The notes under the pieces were generated by a model. It was not told where the DNA came from, did no database searches, and worked only from the letters and a program-made list of their open reading frames with translations. The position numbers were made by a program, and so were the translations under genes. From Candidatus Eiseniibacteriota bacterium (GTDB lineage Bacteria > Eisenbacteria > RBG-16-71-46 > CAZAMP01), in the NCBI GenBank assembly GCA_965224245.1, contig OZ245046.1, forward strand, positions 2,752,001 to 2,816,000: DNA of 64,000 nt, given 5' to 3'. This document shows positions 31,281-39,704 of the stretch, piece by piece. How positions within the stretch are numbered: the stretch's first letter is position 1; every line of letters begins with the position of its first letter.

Positions 31281-32273
31281 ATGCAAAACGAGGACACGCT
31301 CATCGTGGGCGCCGGTCCGATCGGACTCGCATGCGCGGTATCGGCCAGGCGCCGGGGCATCGATCCGCTCGTGGTGGACGCCGGCGCGATCGCCCAGTCG
31401 ATCGTCGGATATCCGATCGGCATGACGTTCTTCACCACCCCCGACCTCCTCGAGATCGGGGGACATCCCCTCGTCTGCCCCGCCCAGAAGCCGACGCGCG
31501 AGGACGCCCTGATGTACTACCGGGGCGTCGCCCGAGCCGAGGGGCTCCGGGTCCGTACGTACACGCGGCTGCTCGGTGCCCACCGGACCGACGACGCCGG
31601 CTCGCGCCCCGTTCACGCCGATCTGGCCACCGAGACGGGGACCGTCCAGATCCGGTGCCGTCGCCTCGTGCTCGCCACGGGCTACTTCGAGACGCCCCGG
31701 CGCCTGGATGTACCGGGAGAGAGCTCGCCCCACGTGAGTCACTACTTCGACGAGGCCCATCGCCACTACGACCGGGACGTGGTCGTGATCGGCGGCGGAA
31801 ACTCGGCGGTCGAGGCGGCCCTCGAGCTGTTTCGGGCCGGTGCGCGGGTGACGATCGTGCACCGCCGCGACGACTTCAAGCGCACGATCAAGTACTGGGT
31901 GCGCCCCGACATCGACAATCGCATCGCGGCCGGCGAGATCGCCGCGCGGATGTCGTCGCGCGTGGTCCGCTTCGAGCCGGGCGCGGTCGTCGTACGCGGC
32001 GCGAGCGGCGATGAGACCACGCTCCGCGCCGACCGCGCGTTCGCTCTGATCGGCTTTCTGCCGGATCAGGATCTGTTCCGTCGGATCGGGATCTCGCTCG
32101 ATCCGGTGACCGGCGTGCCCGACCTCGACCCCGAGACGCTCGAGACCAACGTTCCTGGCGTGCACATGGTCGGCTCCATCACACGCGGCCTGAAGCTCTC
32201 GGACGTGTTCATCGAGAACGGCCGGTTCGACGGCGAGAAGGTCTTCTCGGACGTCCCGGCGCCACGCCGCTGA
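31281..32273 (+). CDS. ypdA: YpdA-family FAD/NADPH thiol-disulfide reductase
   Basis: IVGAGPIGL, YPIGMTFF, KPTREDALMYY, SHYFDEAH, IGGGNSAV, KYWVRPDIDNRI, FIENGRF. Confidence 0.85.
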   Translation: MQNEDTLIVGAGPIGLACAVSARRRGIDPLVVDAGAIAQSIVGYPIGMTFFTTPDLLEIGGHPLVCPAQKPTREDALMYYRGVARAEGLRVRTYTRLLGAHRTDDAGSRPVHADLATETGTVQIRCRRLVLATGYFETPRRLDVPGESSPHVSHYFDEAHRHYDRDVVVIGGGNSAVEAALELFRAGARVTIVHRRDDFKRTIKYWVRPDIDNRIAAGEIAARMSSRVVRFEPGAVVVRGASGDETTLRADRAFALIGFLPDQDLFRRIGISLDPVTGVPDLDPETLETNVPGVHMVGSITRGLKLSDVFIENGRFDGEKVFSDVPAPRR

Positions 32274-32372
32274 CGGACGACGGCACTCCCCGATCGAGAA
32301 AGCACGTGAGGCCGATACACCGGTGACGTATGGTGCCTCCTGGTGTGGACGTCACTCTCTGGAGGTGCCCCG

Positions 32373-32765
32373 ATGAAGACGCTGGCCGGACTCCTGATCG
32401 CCGCGAGCGTCGCGGCTCTCTCGTCCTGCGCGACGATCGACCTGAACGCCACGAGCATGCCGTCGCCCGTCGCGCTGAACACACCCGGCGAGCCCGCGTA
32501 CGACGTCGTCGGCTCGTTCACGATCGAGGACAAGGGCGGGTGGATTCTGGGACTCGTCCCGGTGAACAAGCCGGCCGGTGACAACCACGACTACCTGACC
32601 ACGATGATCGACGGCGAGGTGCGCAAGGCCGGCGGCGACGCGGCCATCAACGTCCACATCCGGGCCCAGAACGACCCGATCGACATCCTCACCCGCATCG
32701 TGACCTGGGGTGCCTACCAGACGCGGACGGTCACCGTGACCGGCGACGTGATCACGTACCGCTAG
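32373..32765 (+). CDS. Hypothetical lipoprotein
   Basis: GGAGG RBS; lipobox LSSC. Confidence 0.75.
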   Translation: MKTLAGLLIAASVAALSSCATIDLNATSMPSPVALNTPGEPAYDVVGSFTIEDKGGWILGLVPVNKPAGDNHDYLTTMIDGEVRKAGGDAAINVHIRAQNDPIDILTRIVTWGAYQTRTVTVTGDVITYR

Positions 32766-32843
32766 GGCGCGGGCGGGCGGATCGGTCCGACGGATGCACG
32801 CGCTCCGACGCTCCGGTGCGGGGTCGTCCGATCATCGTGACGA

Positions 32844-33893
32844 TCACCCGGCGGCGGCGTCCGTCGGAAGCGGCGGTGAGTCACCCCAGAACGTGGTCAC
32901 GTCGATGGGCACCGGCGCGGTGATCGACAGGCGCTCCCCGGTGATCGGATGCGGCAGCGCGATGGCCACGGCGTGGAGGAGATGGCGTCTCGCGCCCGTC
33001 TCGGTCTCGGCCAGCTCCGGATCGTCGAGCAGCACCAGCTCGCGTGCCCGGGCCTCGGGCACCGCATACAGCTTGTCGCCCACGATCGGGTGCCCGGCGT
33101 GCGCCGCGTGCACCCGGATCTGGTGCGTCCGCCCGGTTCTCGGCGACACGGCGACCGCCGTGACCTCGCCCGCCGCCTTCGACGCGTGCCCGAGCGCACG
33201 GAACGTGGTCACCGCCGCCTTGCCACCCGCCTCGACCACGTGGAAGTACGGGGGTCGCCTCGGCGCCTTTCGCCCGATCGGCGCCTCGATGGTGCGCTCC
33301 CCCCCGAAGGCGCCGCTCAGGACGGCCAGGTAGCGCTTCTCCACGACGCCGGACCGGAACTGCGTCTCCAGCCGTCGCGCCACGTCGGCACTCTTGGCCA
33401 GCAGCACGACGCCGGACGTCTCGCGATCCAGCCGATGGACCAGTCGCAGCCCGGCGCGCCCATCGCGCGCGAGCGTGGACACCAGCGTGTGTCGAATGTA
33501 CCGGCCGCCGGCGTGCACCGGCAGGTTGCCGGACTTCGATACGGCCAGGACGTGCTCGTCCTCGTGAAGGACGTCGTAGCGGGTGTCGACCTCGGGCTCG
33601 AGGTGAAGAAACGAGTACGCAATGCGATCACCGTGCGTGACACACGTGTCGGCGTACGCGCGCTCGCCGTTCAGGGTCACCGAGCCGTCGGCGATGCGCT
33701 CGGCCCAGAGATCGGGAGGATGATAGCGGAAGCGCTGCGAGAGAAACCGCGCGAGCGTCCAGCCCGAGCGATACGGATCGACCGTGCAGGAGAGGTCGTA
33801 CCGCTCGGGCTCGCGCGGCGTTGGTCGCCCACAGTCCTCGCCGGGCGCACCACCGCGTGCGCCGCTAGAGATTCCCGCGCCGATCCTGCTCAC
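32844..33893 (-). CDS. RluA-family pseudouridine synthase
   Basis: SKSGNLPVH, HRLDRETSG, TGRTHQIRVH, HPIVGDKLY, LHA; start uncertain. Confidence 0.92.
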   Translation of the reverse strand: MSRIGAGISSGARGGAPGEDCGRPTPREPERYDLSCTVDPYRSGWTLARFLSQRFRYHPPDLWAERIADGSVTLNGERAYADTCVTHGDRIAYSFLHLEPEVDTRYDVLHEDEHVLAVSKSGNLPVHAGGRYIRHTLVSTLARDGRAGLRLVHRLDRETSGVVLLAKSADVARRLETQFRSGVVEKRYLAVLSGAFGGERTIEAPIGRKAPRRPPYFHVVEAGGKAAVTTFRALGHASKAAGEVTAVAVSPRTGRTHQIRVHAAHAGHPIVGDKLYAVPEARARELVLLDDPELAETETGARRHLLHAVAIALPHPITGERLSITAPVPIDVTTFWGDSPPLPTDAAAG

Positions 33894-35049
33894 GCTCGAG
33901 CGACTCGAAGAGCGCCTTGAAGTTGCCCTTCCCGAAGGACTGAGATCCGCGCCGGCAGATGATCTCGAAGAAGAGCGTCGGCCGATCCTGGAGAGGCTTG
34001 GTGAAGAGCTGGAGGAGATAGCCCTCGTCGTCGGCGTCCACCAGGATGCCGAGGTCCTTGATGCGGTCGTGGTCCTCCTTGACCTCCCAGCCCAGGGCCT
34101 CGACGCGCTTCCAGACCTCCTCGTAGTACGCGTCGGGGATGTGCAGGAAGTCCACGCCGCGCGCGCGGAGCTCGGAGACCGACGAGAGCTCGTCGTCGGT
34201 GCGGAGCGCGAGATGCTGGACGCCCGGCGTCATGTCGTGCCACTCGAGATACTCGAGGATCTGGCTCTTCTTCTTGCCCTCCGCCGGCTCGTTGATCGGC
34301 ATCTTGATCAGATGGTTCCCCGACGCCATGACCTTGGACATGAGCGCGGAGTAGTCCGTGGAGATGTCCTTGTCGTCGAAGTGCTTGAACATCGAGAACC
34401 CCATGACGTTCTCGTACCACTGGACCCAGTAGTTCATCCGCCCTTCCTCGACGTTGCCCACGCAATGATCGACGAACTTCAGCCCGCAGGGGTGCTTGCG
34501 GTTGTAGTCGTTCAGGGCGAACCGCTCGACGCGATCGAACTTCGGCGCGAACGGTCCGCCTTCCTTCACTGAGTCCAGTGCGTAGTCGCCGCGGCGGCTG
34601 ACGAAGCTGTGGATCGCGCGGCCATAGGACTGGATGCCGGCCATGGTCACCGAGCCGCGCTCGTCGGAGTATGTGACGGGCTCGTATGCAGACTCTCCGC
34701 CGTTGGCAACCGCCTTGCGGTAGGCGGCCTCGGCGTCGGCGACGGTCAGGGCGACGTCCTTGACGCCGTCACCGTACCGCGCCACCTCGTCGTTGATCGG
34801 GCCCGGTCCGAGGCCGCTGGTCAACAGGAGGCGGATGTTGCCCTGCGTCATCAGGTAGCTCGCCTCCTCGCGACTTCCGGTGGTGAGGTCGGCGACCTGC
34901 GCGAGGTGGAACCCGAACGTGTGCGCGTAGAACGTCGCGGCCTGCTTGGCGTTTCCCACGTAGAAGCGAACGTGGTCGACGTCGACGAGATCGAGCGGGT
35001 CGGCGCCGGTGGCGGCGGCACCGGCCTTCGAGTGGCTGGCGGTGGACAT
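33865..35049 (-). CDS. hppD: 4-hydroxyphenylpyruvate dioxygenase
   Basis: VGNAKQAA, GDGVKDVA, DHCVGNV, PINEP, GVQHLAL, YLLQLFTKP..DRPTLFFEII.R.G..FGKGNFKALFES. Confidence 0.97.
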   Translation of the reverse strand: MSTASHSKAGAAATGADPLDLVDVDHVRFYVGNAKQAATFYAHTFGFHLAQVADLTTGSREEASYLMTQGNIRLLLTSGLGPGPINDEVARYGDGVKDVALTVADAEAAYRKAVANGGESAYEPVTYSDERGSVTMAGIQSYGRAIHSFVSRRGDYALDSVKEGGPFAPKFDRVERFALNDYNRKHPCGLKFVDHCVGNVEEGRMNYWVQWYENVMGFSMFKHFDDKDISTDYSALMSKVMASGNHLIKMPINEPAEGKKKSQILEYLEWHDMTPGVQHLALRTDDELSSVSELRARGVDFLHIPDAYYEEVWKRVEALGWEVKEDHDRIKDLGILVDADDEGYLLQLFTKPLQDRPTLFFEIICRRGSQSFGKGNFKALFESLEREQDRRGNL

Positions 35050-35354
35050 GGCATGAGCCTCCTTCGCAGAGGAAACTGCCGGCGGCAGTGGGTCGATCCA
35101 TGGTTGGCGGGCACGGGCCGTGCGCGCGCCGAGTACCCTAACGCGGAGTGGCGACCGCGCGAAACCCCGAAGCGTCCCGAGCGCGACGGTTCCGGGCGCC
35201 GGGCCCCGGCCGTCCGCGTGCCGCGGCGCGTGGGCGACGGCGACACGTCTACCCACGGAAGCCGGGCGAGGATAACAGCTTGCCTCCCTCGCCACGCAGG
35301 GCTTAACTAGCGGGACCGGCCTCGAGTTCCACCATCCACCCGACGGGAGCCCCG

Positions 35355-36452
35355 ATGAACTTCCCGCCGCACGCCGAGGCGAACGTGCCGCTGGCGCCGA
35401 TGACGACGATCGGTGTCGGTGGAAACGCGCGCTGGCTCGTCCGGTGCCCGACCGACGACGTGCTGGCCGGGGCGCTCGAGTGGGCGCGTCGGACCGGTGT
35501 CGATACCTGGATCCTCGGGCAGGGCAGCAACGTCGTGATCGCCGACGACGGACTCGACGGCCTGGTGATCTCGCCGGCCGCCACGCGCATCCAGATCGAC
35601 TCCATCGATACGGACACCGCGCGGGTCGTCGCCGACGCCGGCGTCCCCTGGGACACACTCGTCGAACGGATGGTCGCCGAGGGCCTGGCCGGGCTCGAGT
35701 GCCTGAGCGGCATCCCGGGCTACGTCGGTGCCTCACCGATCCAGAACGTCGGCGCCTACGGACAGGACGTGTCCGCGGTGATCGAATCGGTGGGCCTCGT
35801 CGAGCGGTCGACCGGCGAGCCGTCGCGCCTGGAGGCCGGCGCCTGCGGCTTCGGCTACCGCACGAGCGTGTTCAAGACGCGCGAGGCCGGACGGTACGTC
35901 GTGACCGACGTCGCGTTTCGTCTGGCCCGCCGGACCGACGGCGTGGTCCGCTATCGCGAGCTGGCCGACGCGCTCGGCGGTGCGCACCGGGCGGACGGGT
36001 CCGGGCCCCCGATCGCCGAGATCCGCCGGGCCGTCCTCGAGATCCGGGCGCGAAAGTCGATGGTGCTCGACCCCGAGGACCCTAACGCCCGGAGCTGCGG
36101 ATCCTTCTTCGTGAACCCGGTCTTGACCGCCGACGCGGCCGACGCCGTGCGGTCGCGACTCGACACCGCGGGCACGATGCCGGCGTACCCCGAGCCCGAC
36201 GGGCGCGTGAAGCTCTCCGCGGCGTGGCTGATCGAGTCGTCCGGGTTCCGGCGAGGACACGCCGATGGTGCCGCCGGGCTCTCGAGCCGCCATGCCCTGG
36301 CCATCGTCAATCGTGGAGGGGCGCGCGCCGCCGACGTCGTGCGCCTGGCCCGCACGATTCGTCGGACCGTTCACGCGCGCACGGGCGTCACGCTGATGCC
36401 CGAACCGGCCTTCTGGGGCTTCGGTCAGGTCGGTCACCGCGTACTGGACTGA
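35355..36452 (+). CDS. murB: UDP-N-acetylenolpyruvoylglucosamine reductase
   Basis: LGQGSN, LECLSGIPGYVGASPIQNVGAYG, FGYRTSVFK, GSFFVNP, HALAIVN. Confidence 0.95.
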   Translation: MNFPPHAEANVPLAPMTTIGVGGNARWLVRCPTDDVLAGALEWARRTGVDTWILGQGSNVVIADDGLDGLVISPAATRIQIDSIDTDTARVVADAGVPWDTLVERMVAEGLAGLECLSGIPGYVGASPIQNVGAYGQDVSAVIESVGLVERSTGEPSRLEAGACGFGYRTSVFKTREAGRYVVTDVAFRLARRTDGVVRYRELADALGGAHRADGSGPPIAEIRRAVLEIRARKSMVLDPEDPNARSCGSFFVNPVLTADAADAVRSRLDTAGTMPAYPEPDGRVKLSAAWLIESSGFRRGHADGAAGLSSRHALAIVNRGGARAADVVRLARTIRRTVHARTGVTLMPEPAFWGFGQVGHRVLD

Positions 36453-37807
36453 GCCGGCGACGGATCCGCCGCGCACACGCGACGCGACCAGACGAACGCC
36501 AGGATCCCGGCCCCGGCGTTCGAGATCGCCGCCGCCGCGAAGATCCCCACCGGACCCACGAGCCGGCTCCCGGCGTACGCGATCGGCACGTACAGGACGA
36601 CCATCCGGGTGATCATGATCACCGACGCCGACAGCGGCCGCCCGATCGCGTTGAACGTGGCGCTTGTGATGATCATCACGCCGTACAGCACGTGGCTGGC
36701 CGGCACGATCCGGAGGTACGTCGCGGCCAGCGATCGAACGTCCGGGTCGTCCGAGAAGCGGCCAACGATCGCGGGGCCGAGAAGCGCGAGCCCCACGACG
36801 GTCACGACGGCCCACGCGAGCGAGTAGACCCCCGACCAGTGGAGGCCCTCTCGAACGCGGTCACGGAGCCCGGCACCCCAGTTCTGGCCCGCGACCGGTG
36901 CCATGCCGGCGGCGAGCGCCGAGAACGGGATCATCGCCAGCGCGTCGACGCGCGTCGCGGCACCGAACGCCGCGACGGCGACCGAGCCGTGCGAGGCCAC
37001 CAGACGCGTGACGACCGCGATCGAGATGGGATTGATCGCCTGCGTCGCGGCGGCCGGCCCGCCCACGCGGAGGATCTCACGCCAGGACGCGAGCACGGCG
37101 GAGAACGGTCGCGGGCGCCACACGATCAGCCGTTCCCGAACCGAGAGCACGTACAGCGCCGCCGCCAGCGTCGTGGCCCGCGCGAGCACCGTGGCCAGCG
37201 CGGCCCCTCGCATCTCCATCCGGGGAAACGGGCCCACACCGAAGATCAGCAGCGGATCGAGGATCACGTTCGCGACCGCGGCCACGACCATGACCGCACC
37301 GGGGACCTTCGCGTCTCCGATCGCGCGAATGACGCCGTTGCCGACCATCGGCACCACCAGGAAGGGCATCCCCAGGTACCAGATGAGCATGTACTGGCGG
37401 ATCCGCTCCAGCTCGGCGCCCTCGGCGCCGAGGAGGCGAAACACCGGCTCGATGGTCAGCACGCCCACGACGACGAGGACGCCCACGATCGCGACCGCGA
37501 GCGTGAGGCTGTCGGTGGCCAGCGCGCGGACGCGGTCCTGGTCCCCTTCGCCCACCGCGCGGGAGACGATGGACGTGGCGCCCGTACCGAGCCCGAGCGC
37601 GACCGTGGCCAGCACGAACACGACGGGGAACGTGTACGTGATGGCGGCCAGGGATTCGAGACCGAGCTGCCCGATGAAGTACGTGTCGACGGCGTTGAAC
37701 CCGATGACGGCCACCAGGCCCACGATCATCGGCAACGTCATCGCCACCAGATGTTCACGCACGGGCCCGGTGGTCAGACGGCCTCTGTGAGGCGTGGACT
37801 CGGTCAC
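36434..37807 (-). CDS. MATE family efflux transporter
   Basis: VDTYFIGQLG, RAIGDAK.P, NVILDPLLIFG, GAALATV, GQNWGAG; about 12 TM. Confidence 0.93.
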   Translation of the reverse strand: MTESTPHRGRLTTGPVREHLVAMTLPMIVGLVAVIGFNAVDTYFIGQLGLESLAAITYTFPVVFVLATVALGLGTGATSIVSRAVGEGDQDRVRALATDSLTLAVAIVGVLVVVGVLTIEPVFRLLGAEGAELERIRQYMLIWYLGMPFLVVPMVGNGVIRAIGDAKVPGAVMVVAAVANVILDPLLIFGVGPFPRMEMRGAALATVLARATTLAAALYVLSVRERLIVWRPRPFSAVLASWREILRVGGPAAATQAINPISIAVVTRLVASHGSVAVAAFGAATRVDALAMIPFSALAAGMAPVAGQNWGAGLRDRVREGLHWSGVYSLAWAVVTVVGLALLGPAIVGRFSDDPDVRSLAATYLRIVPASHVLYGVMIITSATFNAIGRPLSASVIMITRMVVLYVPIAYAGSRLVGPVGIFAAAAISNAGAGILAFVWSRRVCAADPSPAQSSTR

Positions 37808-37906
37808 ACGGCTTCGACTCGAGGATGCGGGCGCGACCGCCCGACGGTGGACCCGACCGCGCCGCTCGCGAGGCGAGCGACACGGTGTTTCATGCGAGCG
37901 CGGTGA

Positions 37907-38314
37907 CTAGTACGTGATCTTCGGGTCGAGCGTCGCCGCCTTCGCGATCCAGTCCTCGACCGTCTCCACCGAGGTGTGGCCCCGGGTCAGCTTCTTCTCG
38001 CTGTTGACCGCGTCGAGCGTCCGGGCCAGGTTCTCGGCGTTGCGCGTGCGCAGCTCCTTCACCGTATCGACACCGGACGCCTTCAGAAGCTCGGCGTACT
38101 GTCCGCCGATACCGCTGACTCGCATCATGTCGGCCATGTTCGTCCAGTCGAGGATCCGTGACTCGCTGATTCCGGTGGCCTCGGCAACGGACTTGCGGCC
38201 GGCCGGCGCGCCGCATCGGTCGAGCAGCTCCTCGGTGGTGGTGATGTCCGCGGTCGCGAGCTTCTCGGCGAACGCCGGTCCGATGCCCTCGATCTCGTCG
38301 ATCTCGTAGCTCAT
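37907..38314 (-). CDS. DUF4332 (helix-hairpin-helix) protein
   Basis: IEGIGPAFAEKL, W...ADMMRVSGIGGQYAELL..SGVDTV.EL; GGAGG RBS. Confidence 0.88.
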   Translation of the reverse strand: MSYEIDEIEGIGPAFAEKLATADITTTEELLDRCGAPAGRKSVAEATGISESRILDWTNMADMMRVSGIGGQYAELLKASGVDTVKELRTRNAENLARTLDAVNSEKKLTRGHTSVETVEDWIAKAATLDPKITY

Positions 38315-38572
38315 GAGACCTGTCCCTCCGTGATGTCGGGGATTGGGTGGCGATGAACGTCGGGTCCACGTGGATTGACCGATCGACGCGCGTGAAGTCA
38401 CACCCGGATCCCGGGACGAGCGAGATAGGCTAGCACGCCGGTCGCGGCCGCGAAACCGAGCCCCGAACAGATCCGACGCACCCGGCCGTGAGCTGCTACG
38501 ATCTCGCGCGCTCCGACCCCGCGCTCGAACGCGGGGCGCGTTCCGACCCCGTGACGTCGAGAGGATGTCCCC

Positions 38573-39685
38573 GTGTCCGGACCGACCGCCCGAGTGCCGA
38601 CGTGGGCCTGGGTGTCCCCCGCCGACGCCTCGTTGCCCGGGGAGGCCCACCCGGACCAGAGCCGGGCTCCCGCGGGCCGCCGCGCCGTCTGGGTGCTCGA
38701 GCGGCGGGGCGTTCGTCTGGGAGGCGTTCGGCGGGGAGGGGCACGGGTCGAGACGCGCTCGGCGAGCGAACGCTGGCGCGCGGCCGAGCCGGTTCACGTC
38801 CCGGGGATGATCACCGCGGAGCTTCGATCCCTGTCCGGTCCGGTGCGGCGAACGGCCGCCCTCTTCGACCGGCTCCGCGAGGGGAGCGATTTCGCGGCGG
38901 ACGTGGTCCGCCGTCTCGGGGCGGCTTCACCGTTCCGTCCCATGGGCAGCACGGTGGATCTGGGCGATCCCCGCGAGATCGAGAAGGTGCACGCCGACCA
39001 CGCGCGCTCGCCCCGCGCCGAGGATCTCTACGCGAAGCTCTCCTGGATCTCGACCGATGAGCGCGACCCGTCGATGCGGATCCGGTTCTCGTTCGGATCG
39101 GAGTCGCTCGACGACTGGAAGACCGACCCGAGGCGTGCCCGCGCCGCGGACCTCTACGCAGAGGCCGTGTTTCCGGAGTGCCGCTCGCTCTCGCGCCATC
39201 GGAGGCTGTTCCGCCTCCTGCGTGCGCTGACCGGCGGACCGGCCCGGCTCTCGGAGCGAATCGTGTTCTCGAACGCGCCCGGCGGCGGCGCGGTCTTCCA
39301 CCACGATGCCGAGACCGACCAGCTCGGCGTCGTGTACGGACAGCTGACCGGTCGCACGGCGTGGCTGGCGCTCCCGAAGACACGCCTGGCGACGCTGGTC
39401 CACGCGTGCGCGAGAGGCGCCCTGGCCGAGACGGTGTCGACCCCGGCTCGAGCGCTCCGTGCGCTCGAGCGACACGATCTGCCCGCACTCGATCGCCTTC
39501 TGAACCGCAGTCCGCGCTTCACGCGGCGGCTCGTCGAGGAGAACGCGTTGATCGTGCTCCGGCCCGGCGACGTCCTGCTGCTGCCGTCCCACGACCGGGA
39601 CCGCGTGTGCTGGCACTCGGTCTTCGCCCTGGGACGACGGCCCGGCGTGGCACACTCGTACGGGATCTTTCGCGCGTCAGGGTGA
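38573..39685 (+). CDS. Hypothetical protein with JmjC/cupin-like Fe(II) motif
   Basis: FHHDAE..YGQLTGR..W and LRPGDVLLLP..WHSV; start could instead be ATG 38807. Confidence 0.6.
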   Translation: MSGPTARVPTWAWVSPADASLPGEAHPDQSRAPAGRRAVWVLERRGVRLGGVRRGGARVETRSASERWRAAEPVHVPGMITAELRSLSGPVRRTAALFDRLREGSDFAADVVRRLGAASPFRPMGSTVDLGDPREIEKVHADHARSPRAEDLYAKLSWISTDERDPSMRIRFSFGSESLDDWKTDPRRARAADLYAEAVFPECRSLSRHRRLFRLLRALTGGPARLSERIVFSNAPGGGAVFHHDAETDQLGVVYGQLTGRTAWLALPKTRLATLVHACARGALAETVSTPARALRALERHDLPALDRLLNRSPRFTRRLVEENALIVLRPGDVLLLPSHDRDRVCWHSVFALGRRPGVAHSYGIFRASG

Positions 39686-39704
39686 CCGGGAGCCCGGTCG
39701 GCCC

